From contig CAVPCT010000003.1 of assembly GCA_963702475.1 (NCBI GenBank), forward strand, positions 832,001-896,000: a stretch of 64,000 nt of DNA, given 5' to 3'. The notes beneath the pieces were generated by a model, which was given only the letters and a program-made list of their open reading frames with translations, had not been told where the DNA came from and searched no databases. Source of the stretch: an uncultured Thermoleophilia bacterium. Lineage in GTDB: Bacteria; Actinomycetota; Thermoleophilia; UBA2241. Position 1 is the stretch's first letter. Every line of letters starts with the position of its first letter. Made by a program: the position numbers and the translations under genes. Below, piece after piece: positions 21,068-30,813 of the stretch.

Positions 21068-22690
21068 ATGAGCGTTCCCACAGCCTCGGGCACGGACCTC
21101 TCCTTCGCCAGGAAGGCGAGTGGTCTGGTGAGGGGGCTCTCGCTGATCGACTGTTTTGGCGTCGGGCTCATGACGCAGGGCGTGACGCCGAGCCTCTGGG
21201 TGTTCATCAGCCTGGGACTGGGCGTGTACATGGGCGGGAACCTGCTGCTCGCCACGCTCATCTCCGTCGTTCTCGCCGGCATCGGTATCCCCATCGTCTG
21301 GGGTATGCTCTCAGGCAGCATGCCGCGAGCCGGCGGTGAGTACATCTACAACTCGCGCATCCTGCATCCGCTTCTCGGCATGGCGGAGAGCTTCACCACG
21401 GTCATCGTCTTCCTCCTGTGGATAGCGCTCCTCGCACCCTGGGTCGCCGACCCGGGCCTCACAACCATGGCCTCGCTGCTCGGTTGGCAGGGTATCGCCG
21501 ACTTTGTGGCCACGTCTTGGGGCGTGTACGTCGTCGCGACCGTGACCAACATCATCGCCTTCCTCTTCGTTGTCTTCGGGGTGAAGTGGTACGCGATCTT
21601 CCAGAAGATCTTCATGGCCGTTGGACTGATCGGCCTCGTTGTCATGGGAATCGTGCTGCTCACGGTCAACAAGGCCACCTTCGTCCAAAATTGGAACGAA
21701 CTCGCGGGTCAGTACGATTCGCTGCGCTACGAGGCCTTCATCCCTGCCGTGGCGAAGGCCGCCGGCCAGGCGATCCCGACGACCTGGAACTGGCTCGACA
21801 CCTTCGGGCTGCTGATGTCGGCGTCGTGGCTGTTCGGGGCGAGCTACATGACCGTCTACGTGGCTGGTGAGGTCAAGCGGCCTGACCGCACTCTGATCCT
21901 CGCCAACCTGTTTGCCATCCTCGTGCCGGCCGTCTTCACAGTGTGGATCGTCGGTGGCCTGCAGCGTCTCATGGACCACCAGTTCATGGCGGCGACTTCC
22001 TGGATGGACGTGAACGGCGCGGTACCTGGCTACAACCTGCCGTTCTCGACCAACTTCATGGGCCTCATCCACATTGGCAACGGCAGCGGCATTCTGGCGT
22101 TCATCATGGGCTGCTCGTTTATTGCGTTCGGCCTGTGGTGGACAGCTCTGGAGTATCTCGGCTTTCCACGTGCGCTTTTCGCGTGGGGCATGGACCGCAT
22201 GGGTCCGAAGTGGTTCACGGACGTGAACCCGCGCTTTGCGTCTCCGGTGAAGACGCACGTCCTGTGTTTCGTCCTCGGCCAGACCCTGATCACGGTCTAC
22301 GTGTTCTGGACCAGCAACCCCCTGGCCGCTTTGAGCGCGACGCTGCAGCAGGTGTTTGGGCTGTTCGGACTGACCGCGATCTCGGCCTTGGTCTTCGCCT
22401 ACCGCAAGCGCTCACGGCTCATCTGGGAGAGCTCGCCGTACCACGAGACGAGGCTCTTCGGGATACCGGTCATCGCGCTCGGCGCGATCGTGTACCTCGT
22501 CTACCTGACGCTGCTCGCGGTCGCCTTCTTCGCCATGCCCGACACTGGCGCTCTCACCTGGGGTTCCGCGATCTTCATCGGCGGCTCCTGGGTGATCGGT
22601 ATCGCCTGGTACTTCATCTGGAAAGCACGGGCCCGCACCCAGGGGGTGGACATCTCCAAGCTCGCCTACAACCAGCTGCCGCCTGACTGA
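21068..22690 (+). CDS. APC family amino acid/amine permease
   Basis: FARKASGLVR, MPRAGGEY.Y, AGEVK, R.LFAW.MDR; about 12-14 TM segments. Confidence 0.88.
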   Translation: MSVPTASGTDLSFARKASGLVRGLSLIDCFGVGLMTQGVTPSLWVFISLGLGVYMGGNLLLATLISVVLAGIGIPIVWGMLSGSMPRAGGEYIYNSRILHPLLGMAESFTTVIVFLLWIALLAPWVADPGLTTMASLLGWQGIADFVATSWGVYVVATVTNIIAFLFVVFGVKWYAIFQKIFMAVGLIGLVVMGIVLLTVNKATFVQNWNELAGQYDSLRYEAFIPAVAKAAGQAIPTTWNWLDTFGLLMSASWLFGASYMTVYVAGEVKRPDRTLILANLFAILVPAVFTVWIVGGLQRLMDHQFMAATSWMDVNGAVPGYNLPFSTNFMGLIHIGNGSGILAFIMGCSFIAFGLWWTALEYLGFPRALFAWGMDRMGPKWFTDVNPRFASPVKTHVLCFVLGQTLITVYVFWTSNPLAALSATLQQVFGLFGLTAISALVFAYRKRSRLIWESSPYHETRLFGIPVIALGAIVYLVYLTLLAVAFFAMPDTGALTWGSAIFIGGSWVIGIAWYFIWKARARTQGVDISKLAYNQLPPD

Positions 22691-22710
22691 AAAGGACTAG
22701 CGGCGACGTC

Positions 22711-22743
22711 GGCGGGGCGGGGTCTGCGAAGACCCCGCCCCGG
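22711..22743 (+). terminator. GC-rich hairpin after permease
   Basis: GGGGCGGGGTCT-GCGA-AGACCCCGCCCC. Confidence 0.6.
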
Positions 22744-22895
22744 CTGCGCGCATAGTCGCCGCCGGATTGCCGACGAGACGCCTCACCACGGCGCAATAAG
22801 CCTGCGCACGGCCCGCCATGGAGCTGATGCAGAACCTTGGATTGTGCAGCAGAATTGCGCACGGCAGCCTACGGCCCAGCACCGTAGGCTGACGA

Positions 22896-22942
22896 CTGCA
22901 AGACCTCCATCACCGGTTCGACTCCGGTCGCCGCCTCCAACT
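22896..22942 (+). repeat. tRNA-Cys 3'-half duplication (att core, junction 3)
   Basis: Matches 3795-3841 except CTGCAAG versus CTGCAAA. Confidence 0.95.
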
Positions 22943-23487
22943 TCTCTCCTGCAAATGGGCATGTTCTTCTCTGCGCACGTTCTCGGATGTCACCGAATGC
23001 TGCCATGTGCGCCGACGTGTGGCGACCCAAATACGTGGGACGGGGTGGTTTGAGACGGGTCTCGTCTGGAACGGACGGAATTGCGAACCCTCGGCAGCCT
23101 TGGCCGGCGGCTCTCCGGGCAGCCTACGCCGCCCATCCACGATGGGTGTTGATGTCATAGGCGGAAGAGAGCAACTGCATCGGTGCGATGGCGGTCTGCC
23201 CGTCCAGCCGATCGTCCCAGTCCCCTCCGGTGACTCCCAAGTTCTAGTGTCCGGTGAAGGGCTTGACATCACAGGCCCCATTCGGGCTGGCGTCATTGCG
23301 GAAGTGGGCCACGCAGACTGTCCGGAGTCGCACGGAGGCGCGCCACCTGGCCGGGCGACCAGCTCCAGGACTGCTCATCCAGGCAGGCAATAGTCCGTCC
23401 GCTTGGTGGGCGTTTTGAGGAGGAGATCCCGCTAGCCTGTAGCTCGGAGGAGCACCTGGAGGCATGGGTGCTTGACGAGGCGAGAGG

Positions 23488-24417
23488 ATGGTCATGGGAT
23501 CCTTGAGGAGACACTCCGTGGGCGGCAAGGCTGAGCTGTGGGTCGGCCTCGTCCTCTGCGCGGCCGTGGTCGCGGCCGGGATACTGCAGCAACTCGTTAA
23601 CGATCGGCCAGACTACGCGGAGATATTCGGTCCGAGCTGGCTGCCCCTCGCCGCCGCCGGCGTCGCCGCGGTGGGCATCCTCATGCGGTTGACCGGTAGC
23701 CCGCAGCTGCGTCTGCAACGCGCCCTGAGCTGGAGCGCTCTCCTGCTGATGCTGGGGGCTGCTGGTGGACTGATGATCGACCTTCTGCGCGTCGTGAGCC
23801 TCGTGATCCCGGGCCTCATGCCGGCGGCGGGTGTCGACTGGCTGGGGCTGGCGACGCGGGCGTTCGCTTGCGCCGTCGCCGTCGTCCTCGCGCATCTAGC
23901 CCTGGCGCGCCCGTCCGCCTTCGCTTCCACCCGCGTCGCCACCTGGTACGGCTACGCCGCACTCGCGTTCGCGCTGCCCTACCCCGTCCTCAAGACGTGG
24001 TGGGCCCTGGGAGGGGACTTCGGCCTGAAGTGGCCGGGAGCGGACGGCTTGGCCGGCTCCTTCGCGCTCTGGCTGCCCGCCGTCCCGTGGCTGCTGGCGG
24101 CCACCCTGTCTCTGCTCTTGGTGGTGACGCCGCGTTGGCTGCCGCGCCGGCCGTTGCTGGCCGCAGGCTGGTTTGCCAGCGTCGTGGTCGCCACGTTCGG
24201 GCTCTCGGCCTGCTCTGCGTTCGTCGTCGGGCTCCTTCGCGGCGATGTCGACTCGGGAGGCATGGCCACCTGGGTCTTTGGTCTCGTCTACGGCAGCTGG
24301 TTCCTCTGGGCCATAGCGGCCGGCGCTGCCACCCGCTCGTATCAGCTGCGTAGTGGGGTCCCTGCCGACGTCCTCGCCAACGAGGCGCGTGGCCAGGTCG
24401 TGCAGTTCACAAGCTAG
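23488..24417 (+). CDS. Multi-pass membrane protein
   Basis: About 8 hydrophobic segments; LPYP..K.WWALGG motif. Confidence 0.7.
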   Translation: MVMGSLRRHSVGGKAELWVGLVLCAAVVAAGILQQLVNDRPDYAEIFGPSWLPLAAAGVAAVGILMRLTGSPQLRLQRALSWSALLLMLGAAGGLMIDLLRVVSLVIPGLMPAAGVDWLGLATRAFACAVAVVLAHLALARPSAFASTRVATWYGYAALAFALPYPVLKTWWALGGDFGLKWPGADGLAGSFALWLPAVPWLLAATLSLLLVVTPRWLPRRPLLAAGWFASVVVATFGLSACSAFVVGLLRGDVDSGGMATWVFGLVYGSWFLWAIAAGAATRSYQLRSGVPADVLANEARGQVVQFTS

Positions 24418-24439
24418 GTGAGCGCTACTGCTCGCAGTG

Positions 24440-24600
24440 CCAGGTGGGTCGGAGAGCTCGACTTCATCTGCGGCCCGTCAAATGCTCGGGAGATCGCTCG
24501 CCGCGTCTCCGGATCCGAGCTGGTGATCCTTCCGGACTGCGGGCACATCCGCGCCTACGAGGAGCCGATGGCATTTCGTCAGACAGTCCTCAAGTGGTGA
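24440..24600 (+). pseudogene. Alpha/beta hydrolase C-terminal fragment
   Basis: GELDFIC...SELVILPDCGH..AYEEP..F. Confidence 0.7.
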
Positions 24601-24636
24601 GATTCGCAATGATGCCCGACTCATTCGTTGTCGAGG

Positions 24637-24680
24637 TGATAAGGAAGAGGTCCGTGGTTCGAATCCACGTGCGCCCACCA
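24637..24680 (+). repeat. 3' half of a tRNA-Ile(GAT), att-type remnant
   Basis: TGATAA-GGAAG-AGGTC-CGTGG-TTCGAAT-CCACG-TGCGCCC-ACCA; no 5' half. Confidence 0.8.
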
Positions 24681-24726
24681 GCGATTTGCAGCGAAATCGC
24701 TTTCTCCACGCTCCGCCAGACACTCG

Positions 24727-24830
24727 TTCTGCAACCATTCTGCAACCCAAATGCGCGCGTCTAGATTCTGCACCGACATTCTGCACGACATTCTGCACGA
24801 CATTCTGCCGACATTCTGCCGACGAGACTC
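24727..24830 (+). repeat. Tandem ATTCTGC-based repeats (2 x TTCTGCAACC, then 5 x ATTCTGC(A)(C)CGAC)
   Basis: Units of 13, 12, 12, 11 and 11 bp at 24765-24823 followed by GAGACTC, as at 34583-34611. Confidence 0.85.
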
Positions 24831-25090
24831 CCAGTGATAGGGCGACACGGCTGAATATGGAGCGGCACGGACATCTGCTGCTCAGCCCCGAGCGACGGCC
24901 CTCTGGCGCAGCACCCGTGGACGCTGCAGCCCGCTGGACTCAGGGTGCCGCCGATAGCGTGAGAGCCTCACCGTTTGATGCTGGGAGTAGGATTAGTCCG
25001 AAGAGCATCGCAGGGAGTGGGACATAGGGCGGTGACAGAAGACGGTCGCCGATCGAGGACTATTCGCCTCTTGAGGACCGAGGAACGCGT

Positions 25091-25918
25091 ATGCAGCGTC
25101 ACGATCCCGCCACCAAGCGCGCCCAGGTGCGGACCGCGCTGCTGCTCGCCGCCGGCGTGGGTTGCCGGCTGGCGCCGCTGACCGAAGCGCTGCCGAAGTG
25201 CCTCGTCTCCGTGAGCGGAGTGCCGATCCTCGAGCGACTGGTTCGCGCCCTCGACGCTCACGGCTTCGAGCGCCTGGTCATCGTCACAGGCTACAAGGCC
25301 GAGATGATACGCGACTACCTCGGCGAGTGCTTCGGCGGCATCACCGTCGAGTACATCGTCAGCCCGCTGTTTGCGACCACCAACACCATCTACTCACTGT
25401 GGCTGGCGCGACAGCTGATCGACGAATCGCTCCTGCTCGTCGAAAGCGATGTCGTCTTCGACGAGCAGCTGCTGACGCCGCTGCTGCGGCCCGACCGCAT
25501 CGCCGTCTCGAGGCAGCTGCCGTGGATGAGCGGCGCCACGGTCACGCTCGACGCGAGCGGCAACGTCAGCGCCTTCTATCCGCCGCCCCCGGGCGCGCCC
25601 GACCAACACTGCACCGACGCCGACCACTTCATGGCAGTCAACATCACCAGCCTAGCACGCGACACTTGGGCCGAGGTCTGCGAGCGACTCGACCGGCATG
25701 TGGCAGCCGGCGAGACCGGCTTCCTCCACGAGACCGTGTTCGAGGAGATGACCGCAGATGGCAGTATGACCCTGGCGGCCGTGATCTTCCCCAGCGAACG
25801 CTGGTACGAGGTCGACACGGCGACCGATCTGGTCGCGGCCGAGCTGGTGTTCCCCAGGCACCCGATCATCGCCAGAGGAACGCGGCGGCGGACGCACCGC
25901 GACGGAGCGGAGGTGTGA
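25091..25918 (+). CDS. NTP transferase (phosphocholine/sugar-phosphate cytidylyltransferase-like)
   Basis: LLAAGVGCRL.P.T...PKCL, TGYK, TNTIYSL, WYEVDT..DL. Confidence 0.85.
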   Translation: MQRHDPATKRAQVRTALLLAAGVGCRLAPLTEALPKCLVSVSGVPILERLVRALDAHGFERLVIVTGYKAEMIRDYLGECFGGITVEYIVSPLFATTNTIYSLWLARQLIDESLLLVESDVVFDEQLLTPLLRPDRIAVSRQLPWMSGATVTLDASGNVSAFYPPPPGAPDQHCTDADHFMAVNITSLARDTWAEVCERLDRHVAAGETGFLHETVFEEMTADGSMTLAAVIFPSERWYEVDTATDLVAAELVFPRHPIIARGTRRRTHRDGAEV

Positions 25919-26562
25919 GCCGGGGGGCCTCGCGGTCGCCCGGGAGTCCCAGGCCGATGCTCTCCTTCGCCCGCGACCTGCCCAACCTGTGCTCGCTGGC
26001 TGGGCTGCTCGCCGCGCTGCTCGGACTCTACTTCGCGATCCGCGGCGTCTACCCGGCGGCGATGATCGGCCTGCTCTGGGCGGTCGTCTTCGACTGGAGC
26101 GACGGCCTCATCGCGCGCCGCATGAGGGGCCGCACGGCCGAGCGACGGGCGTTCGGGGCGCAGCTCGACTCCCTGATCGACATCGTCAGCTTCAGCGTCG
26201 CGCCCGCGCTTCTGCTGCTGAGCGTCGGCCATTTCGGCCCCTTGTTCATCCCCGGCGCCTTCGTGATCCTTGCCACGGGGGCCATACGCCTTAGCTACTT
26301 CAACGTCTTCGGACTGCTCGACGATTCGACCTACCGTGGCTTGGCGCTCGACAACAACGTTTTCGTCCTCGCGCTCCTCTTCGTCTTCGAGCCGCTCGTC
26401 GGCCAAGCGACTTTCGCCCTCGTCCTCTACGTCGCCTTGCTGGTGCTCGCCGCCCTCAACGTGGCGTCGATCGAGACGCCCAAGCTCGGCGGGCGCTGGT
26501 ACTTCGCCGTCATCGGGTACGCACTCGTGCTGAGCGCGGTCTACGGGTGGCAGCTGGCGTAG
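25915..26562 (+). CDS. CDP-alcohol phosphatidyltransferase
   Basis: D.SDG.IAR....G..LD.LID signature; GTGA overlap with upstream gene. Confidence 0.88.
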   Translation: MSRGASRSPGSPRPMLSFARDLPNLCSLAGLLAALLGLYFAIRGVYPAAMIGLLWAVVFDWSDGLIARRMRGRTAERRAFGAQLDSLIDIVSFSVAPALLLLSVGHFGPLFIPGAFVILATGAIRLSYFNVFGLLDDSTYRGLALDNNVFVLALLFVFEPLVGQATFALVLYVALLVLAALNVASIETPKLGGRWYFAVIGYALVLSAVYGWQLA

Positions 26563-26916
26563 CCCACTGGGCGAGGCGCGACCTTCGGCCGGTGGCCCCG
26601 CCGCAGCGCCGTCGATGGACCGCAGCGATTCGCGGACGGCGTCTGCGATCAGCGTTCGCCCGGAGCGGGCCGGTGCCGTCCCTCTACGGTGGTAGCGTCA
26701 TTCTTCGCTTGATCTCGTACTGCGTGCCGGATCCCACGCGCTGCGACACGGGAGGGGGAATGGGGATCGCCTACCTGCGGGACCAACCATGGAGTGGTTG
26801 GACGCAAGAGGAGCGTACCCAGTGACAGCACCATGAGGTAGACGCGCGTTCCTGTTGTCCTGGAAGTCGCCTACTGCCGAGGCGGCCGAGTGCCTAGAGG
26901 GAGGGGGGTGGCAACG

Positions 26917-28406
26917 ATGTTGTTCCAGAACTTCTACGAGTTCCGCGACGCTCAGCTCACGTGTCCTGACTGCGGCTGGTCAGGCACGGGCCGAGAGACG
27001 GGAGTCGGCGAGATCTTCTCCGAGCTGTTCGAGTTCAACTGCCCGAGGTGCGACGAGAAGCTCGGCATCTGCAACCACCCCTCTATCGAGGACGCGCGCG
27101 AGAAGTGGAATCGGCTGAGCGAGGCCGAGCGCCGCGACTGGGAGGCCCACGAAGACCGCCGGGAGCGCCGCCAGCGTGAGTCGCTGCATTCGCACGACGA
27201 GCTGCCCGACCCGGACGCGGACGTCATCGTCGTCAGCTGGGACCTCGAAGAGCTGGACGAACAGACGCGCTGGTACGTCCTGCGCTGCGGCGAGCGGGAG
27301 CTCTGGCGAGAGCCGGCGGGCTTCAAGGACTACCGGCGCTTCGAGGAGGTCGTCGCGCTCCTCATGGCCAAGTACGGCACGCGCCTCAAGGACGTCGTCC
27401 CTTCCGGGGCGGCCACGTTCTTCCTCTGGGGCGACCGCCTCTCTGCGGGGCGCGTGATCGCCGAGGCCCGCGAGCGGGTTCAGGCGGCGGCCGAGGGTCG
27501 CCCCACGGAGATGGAGCTGAGGCAGCGCGCGGAGGAGGCGCGGATCGCGGCGGCCGAGAAGGAGAAGGCGTTCCACGCCCGCCGCCGGCGAGGGAAGCTG
27601 AGGTCCGCCGAGCAGCTCCCGGACCTGGACGCGGAGGAGATCGTCATCACCTGGGACTGGGAGGAGGGGCCGCGGGAGGAGTGGGGTGGTCCCCTGCTGC
27701 CCGCCTGGTACTACGTCCTGAGCTGCGGCGAAGAGCTGGTGTGGCGCCAGCCCGCAGGTTGGGAGGACTACGAGCTCTTCGGCGAGATCGCCTCCATCCT
27801 CGTGGACAGGTACGGACTGCGCCTCAAGGACCTCATCCCCTCGCCTGCAGCCAGGGGCAGTCTGGGGGTGACCGCCTCTGCGCCGGGGCCACCCTGGATG
27901 ACGTCCGCCAGCGGGTTCAGGATGCCAGAAGACTCCTCTACATCGACGTGGACAGCGCCCTCGTCGACTTCGCCTCAGGCGTCGCCCGCCTCTCCGCCTC
28001 CGAAGCGCGAGAGTACGCGGGCCGCCTCGACGAGGTGCCCCGCATCTTCGCCCGCATGTCCCCCGCATCCGGCGCCCTGGAGGCTGTTCGTGAGCTGGCG
28101 GTGCACTACGACATGCGCTTCGTCGCGAAGCCGCGTTGGAAAGATCAGTCGGCCTGCGAAGACAAGGAACGCTGGCTCGAGCGGCGCCTCGCCGCAGTGC
28201 CGTGGAAGCGCCCACTTCTGCCTCGCTCCACAGATGATCGTGGCGACTACCTGGTCCACGGAGGGATCACGGAGGACGCCTCTCGGATCGCCCGTGAAGT
28301 CATTCAGCTCGGCAGCGAGGAGTTCCCCGACTGGCAGTCAGTCACAGCCTATCTTCTGGCTCGGCGACGCGACTGGCTGCAGCTGGCGGGTGATTTGCGC
28401 GAGTGA
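26917..28406 (+). CDS. Zn-ribbon plus duplicated unknown domain plus NT5C-like HAD domain (frameshift near 27865)
   Basis: CPDC..CPRC; two repeats LPD.DA..IV..WD...W..PAG..DY..F.E....KD..PS; LLYIDVDSALVDF, DK.RWL, RGDYLV, PDW..V.AYL. Confidence 0.7.
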
Positions 28407-28522
28407 TCTGGAGCTAGGCCCGGAAGGGTCGACGCGGCTGGAACGTCAGCCGAAGGTCGGCGGTGGGCCAAGAAGTCGTGGACGTCGCGCTGTTACCTGA
28501 GCGGCACAGGTTCGCGTGACCT

Positions 28523-29002
28523 GTGGCGCGCATGGAAGTGCCGGCTGGACGGGTCGGGTTCTGCTGGCACCGCGAACCGCCAGAGGATGAGGGGCTTGCG
28601 CGGGGTCGTAGACTCGAAGAAGGGTGGCATTCTACCTTCGTCCGACCCAGGGAGGACACCATCGGAGCCTTAGGCGTGCTTGCGGTCCTGACTCTCATTC
28701 CGGCCATGGTCTTATTCACGATAGCCCGCGGCCTCGCCCACGACCTGGTGCAGTTGTATGTCAAGCGTAGCGCCAACCCAGATCTTCAAGTCCTGCCGGT
28801 CTCGAAATGGTGGCGTGAGGCGCTCGCGCTGGAGAGGTTCTTCGTAGTTGTTGGGCTGTGCGACCTCGCGCTGCTTGCGCTGTTTCTCGTCTACCTCGCC
28901 ATCTGGCATCCCGGCGAATTCGGACTTGCCCTTGAGCTAACCCTCATCTTTGGAGGCATTGGGCTGTTCGCCCTCTACTTGATGGGGCACTACTCCGAAT
29001 GA
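28523..29002 (+). CDS. Small membrane protein (start uncertain)
   Basis: Three hydrophobic segments; lower GC. Confidence 0.45.
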   Translation: MARMEVPAGRVGFCWHREPPEDEGLARGRRLEEGWHSTFVRPREDTIGALGVLAVLTLIPAMVLFTIARGLAHDLVQLYVKRSANPDLQVLPVSKWWREALALERFFVVVGLCDLALLALFLVYLAIWHPGEFGLALELTLIFGGIGLFALYLMGHYSE

Positions 29003-29048
29003 TGGCTGCGGACGCTGCGGCGAGACCCGTGACGAGTCGGGGGGCGAC

Positions 29049-29537
29049 ATGACGATTGCCGTACGTCCAGCGCGGTTCACGGACCTGCGAGCCCTGGTCG
29101 AACTGAGCGGTTTGGTGCAGGAGCTCCACGTCGCAAACCTGCCTGCGGACTTCAGACCGCCGCGCGAACGCGAGGTCGCGAGATGGTTCAACGACATGCT
29201 GCAGGATGAAGAGACGTGGGTCTGGATTGCCGAACACGAGCGCTACCCTGTGGGCTTTGCCGTTGCGTTCATCAATGAACGGCCGGACCATCCCTACTGC
29301 TGCCCGTCCCGATCGCTCGAGATCGACCAAATCGGCGTTCGTGCTGAGTGGCAGAGGCGAGGCATTGGAAGGGCTTTGGTGGGGAAGGCCCTGGAGGTGG
29401 CACGGGAGAGAGGGCTTGATCGTGTGGAGCTTGGCTCATGGAGCTTCAACCGCGACGCTCATGAAGCCTTCCAGCATCTCGGCTTCGCTCCGCTTTCGAC
29501 ACGCTACCGACGAGATGTGATTGCTGGCGACGCCTGA
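29049..29537 (+). CDS. GNAT N-acetyltransferase
   Basis: V..EWQRRGIGRAL motif A; N.DA..AF..LGF. Confidence 0.9.
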   Translation: MTIAVRPARFTDLRALVELSGLVQELHVANLPADFRPPREREVARWFNDMLQDEETWVWIAEHERYPVGFAVAFINERPDHPYCCPSRSLEIDQIGVRAEWQRRGIGRALVGKALEVARERGLDRVELGSWSFNRDAHEAFQHLGFAPLSTRYRRDVIAGDA

Positions 29538-29767
29538 CGTCGAGGCGGCGTCAGACCCGCACCTTGCAACGGCGTTTCTCCCCTCTGCCCTCCGAACGAG
29601 GCATCGAGGGGCTCGTCGGATTTCGCTCAAGCGTCGGCAACCCGTCGGCGGTGTGCTCTACTCTGCTGCACTGAGGCCATCCTGGGCCGATGCACAGGTC
29701 GTGTAGACCTGTCGCCAGAAGAGGGACGGATGTCGTGCGCCTGCCGCCTCGATGCCGAGCGCGCACC

Positions 29768-30000
29768 ACAGATCACTTCGCGGCTCAACTCGATCAGGTG
29801 GTGAGGAACCCGCAGGGCTACGAGGTGTACGGCTCGCCCGACCAGTTCTTTGCCCTCACGTACCCGACTCAGGGCCTCAAGACGATGCTGGCCCGCAGCT
29901 TCGGACGCCTCACGGGCGCCAAGGTCGAGGGCGCCCAGCACGGCGTCATCCGCTCCGAGACGAGCTTCGGTGGCGGCAAGACGCACAGCCTCATGGGTCG
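29768..30000 (+). pseudogene. DUF499-type ATPase N-terminal fragment
   Basis: FAAQLDQV...Y.SPDQFFALTYPT.GL...TSFGGGKTHSL. Confidence 0.7.
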
Positions 30001-30813
30001 CCACCGAGCTACGACGCGATCCTCGTCGACGAGGGTCAGGACTACACCCTTGAGTGGTGGAACACGCTGCGCCTGACCTTGGCCGAAGGCGGCGAGATGC
30101 TCCTCGTCGACGACCTTGCGCAGGACATCTTCGGGCGCAAGGACAACTGGACCGACGAGAAGAAGACGGGCTCGGGCCTGGCGAAGCCGACCAAGCTCAA
30201 GTGCAGCTATCGACTGCCGGCGCCGCTGATTGAGCAGGCCAGCTACTTCGCGGAGCGCTACCTGACGGCAGAGCCGGACGACCTGCCCGTCGCGCCCCCC
30301 GGTCAAGCGGACTTCGTGACGAAACTGCGCTGGGTGCAGACCGACCTCGATGACGCCAGTGAGCTCGTCACTGAGGAGGTCTGCAAGCTCGCCGCTTCGG
30401 CCACTGGTCTCGGGATGACCGAGATCACGGTGCTGACGACCGACGTGCACACCGGAGTTGGCGTGGTCTGGTGCTTGCGCGAGAGTGACATCGAGTGCGT
30501 GACTACATTCAGCATGGACGACGACGGTCCCGACCCAGGCAGAGAAGACACTCGCCTCAAGCGAGCCTTCTTCCTGGGCAACCCACGGCTCAAGGTTACG
30601 ACCGTCCACAGCTTCAAAGGCTGGGAGTCGAGGGCAATCGTCCTTCACCTCAGGCATCAGGCGGACGAGGAGGGCCTGGCCCTTGCCTACACCGGCCTGA
30701 CTCGGCTCAAGCGGTCCGACCATGGGAGCTTCATGACCGTGGTGTGTGCGATGGACGCACTGGCCGACTACGGCAAGGGTTGGCCGGAGTTCGAGGACTC
30801 GCGCTTCATGTAG
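30001..30813 (+). pseudogene. SF1 (UvrD-like) helicase C-terminal fragment
   Basis: YDAILVDEGQD, D.AQDIF, L..SYR, TTVHSFKGWES, YTGLTR; no Walker A. Confidence 0.8.

Noticed and set aside
22896-22942. Extra tRNA genes (also 34472-34519 and 24637-24680)
   Set aside because: Only 3' halves are present, with no D-arm or 5' acceptor strand.
23065-23135. Degenerate tRNA-like sequence on the minus strand
   Set aside because: It has GGTTCG and a terminal CCA, but the T, D and anticodon stems do not pair.
24727-24830. CRISPR array
   Set aside because: Units are 11-13 bp with no spacers, and there are no cas genes in the window.
24975-25085. Riboswitch upstream of the NTP transferase
   Set aside because: Several short hairpins are present, but no recognisable aptamer consensus.
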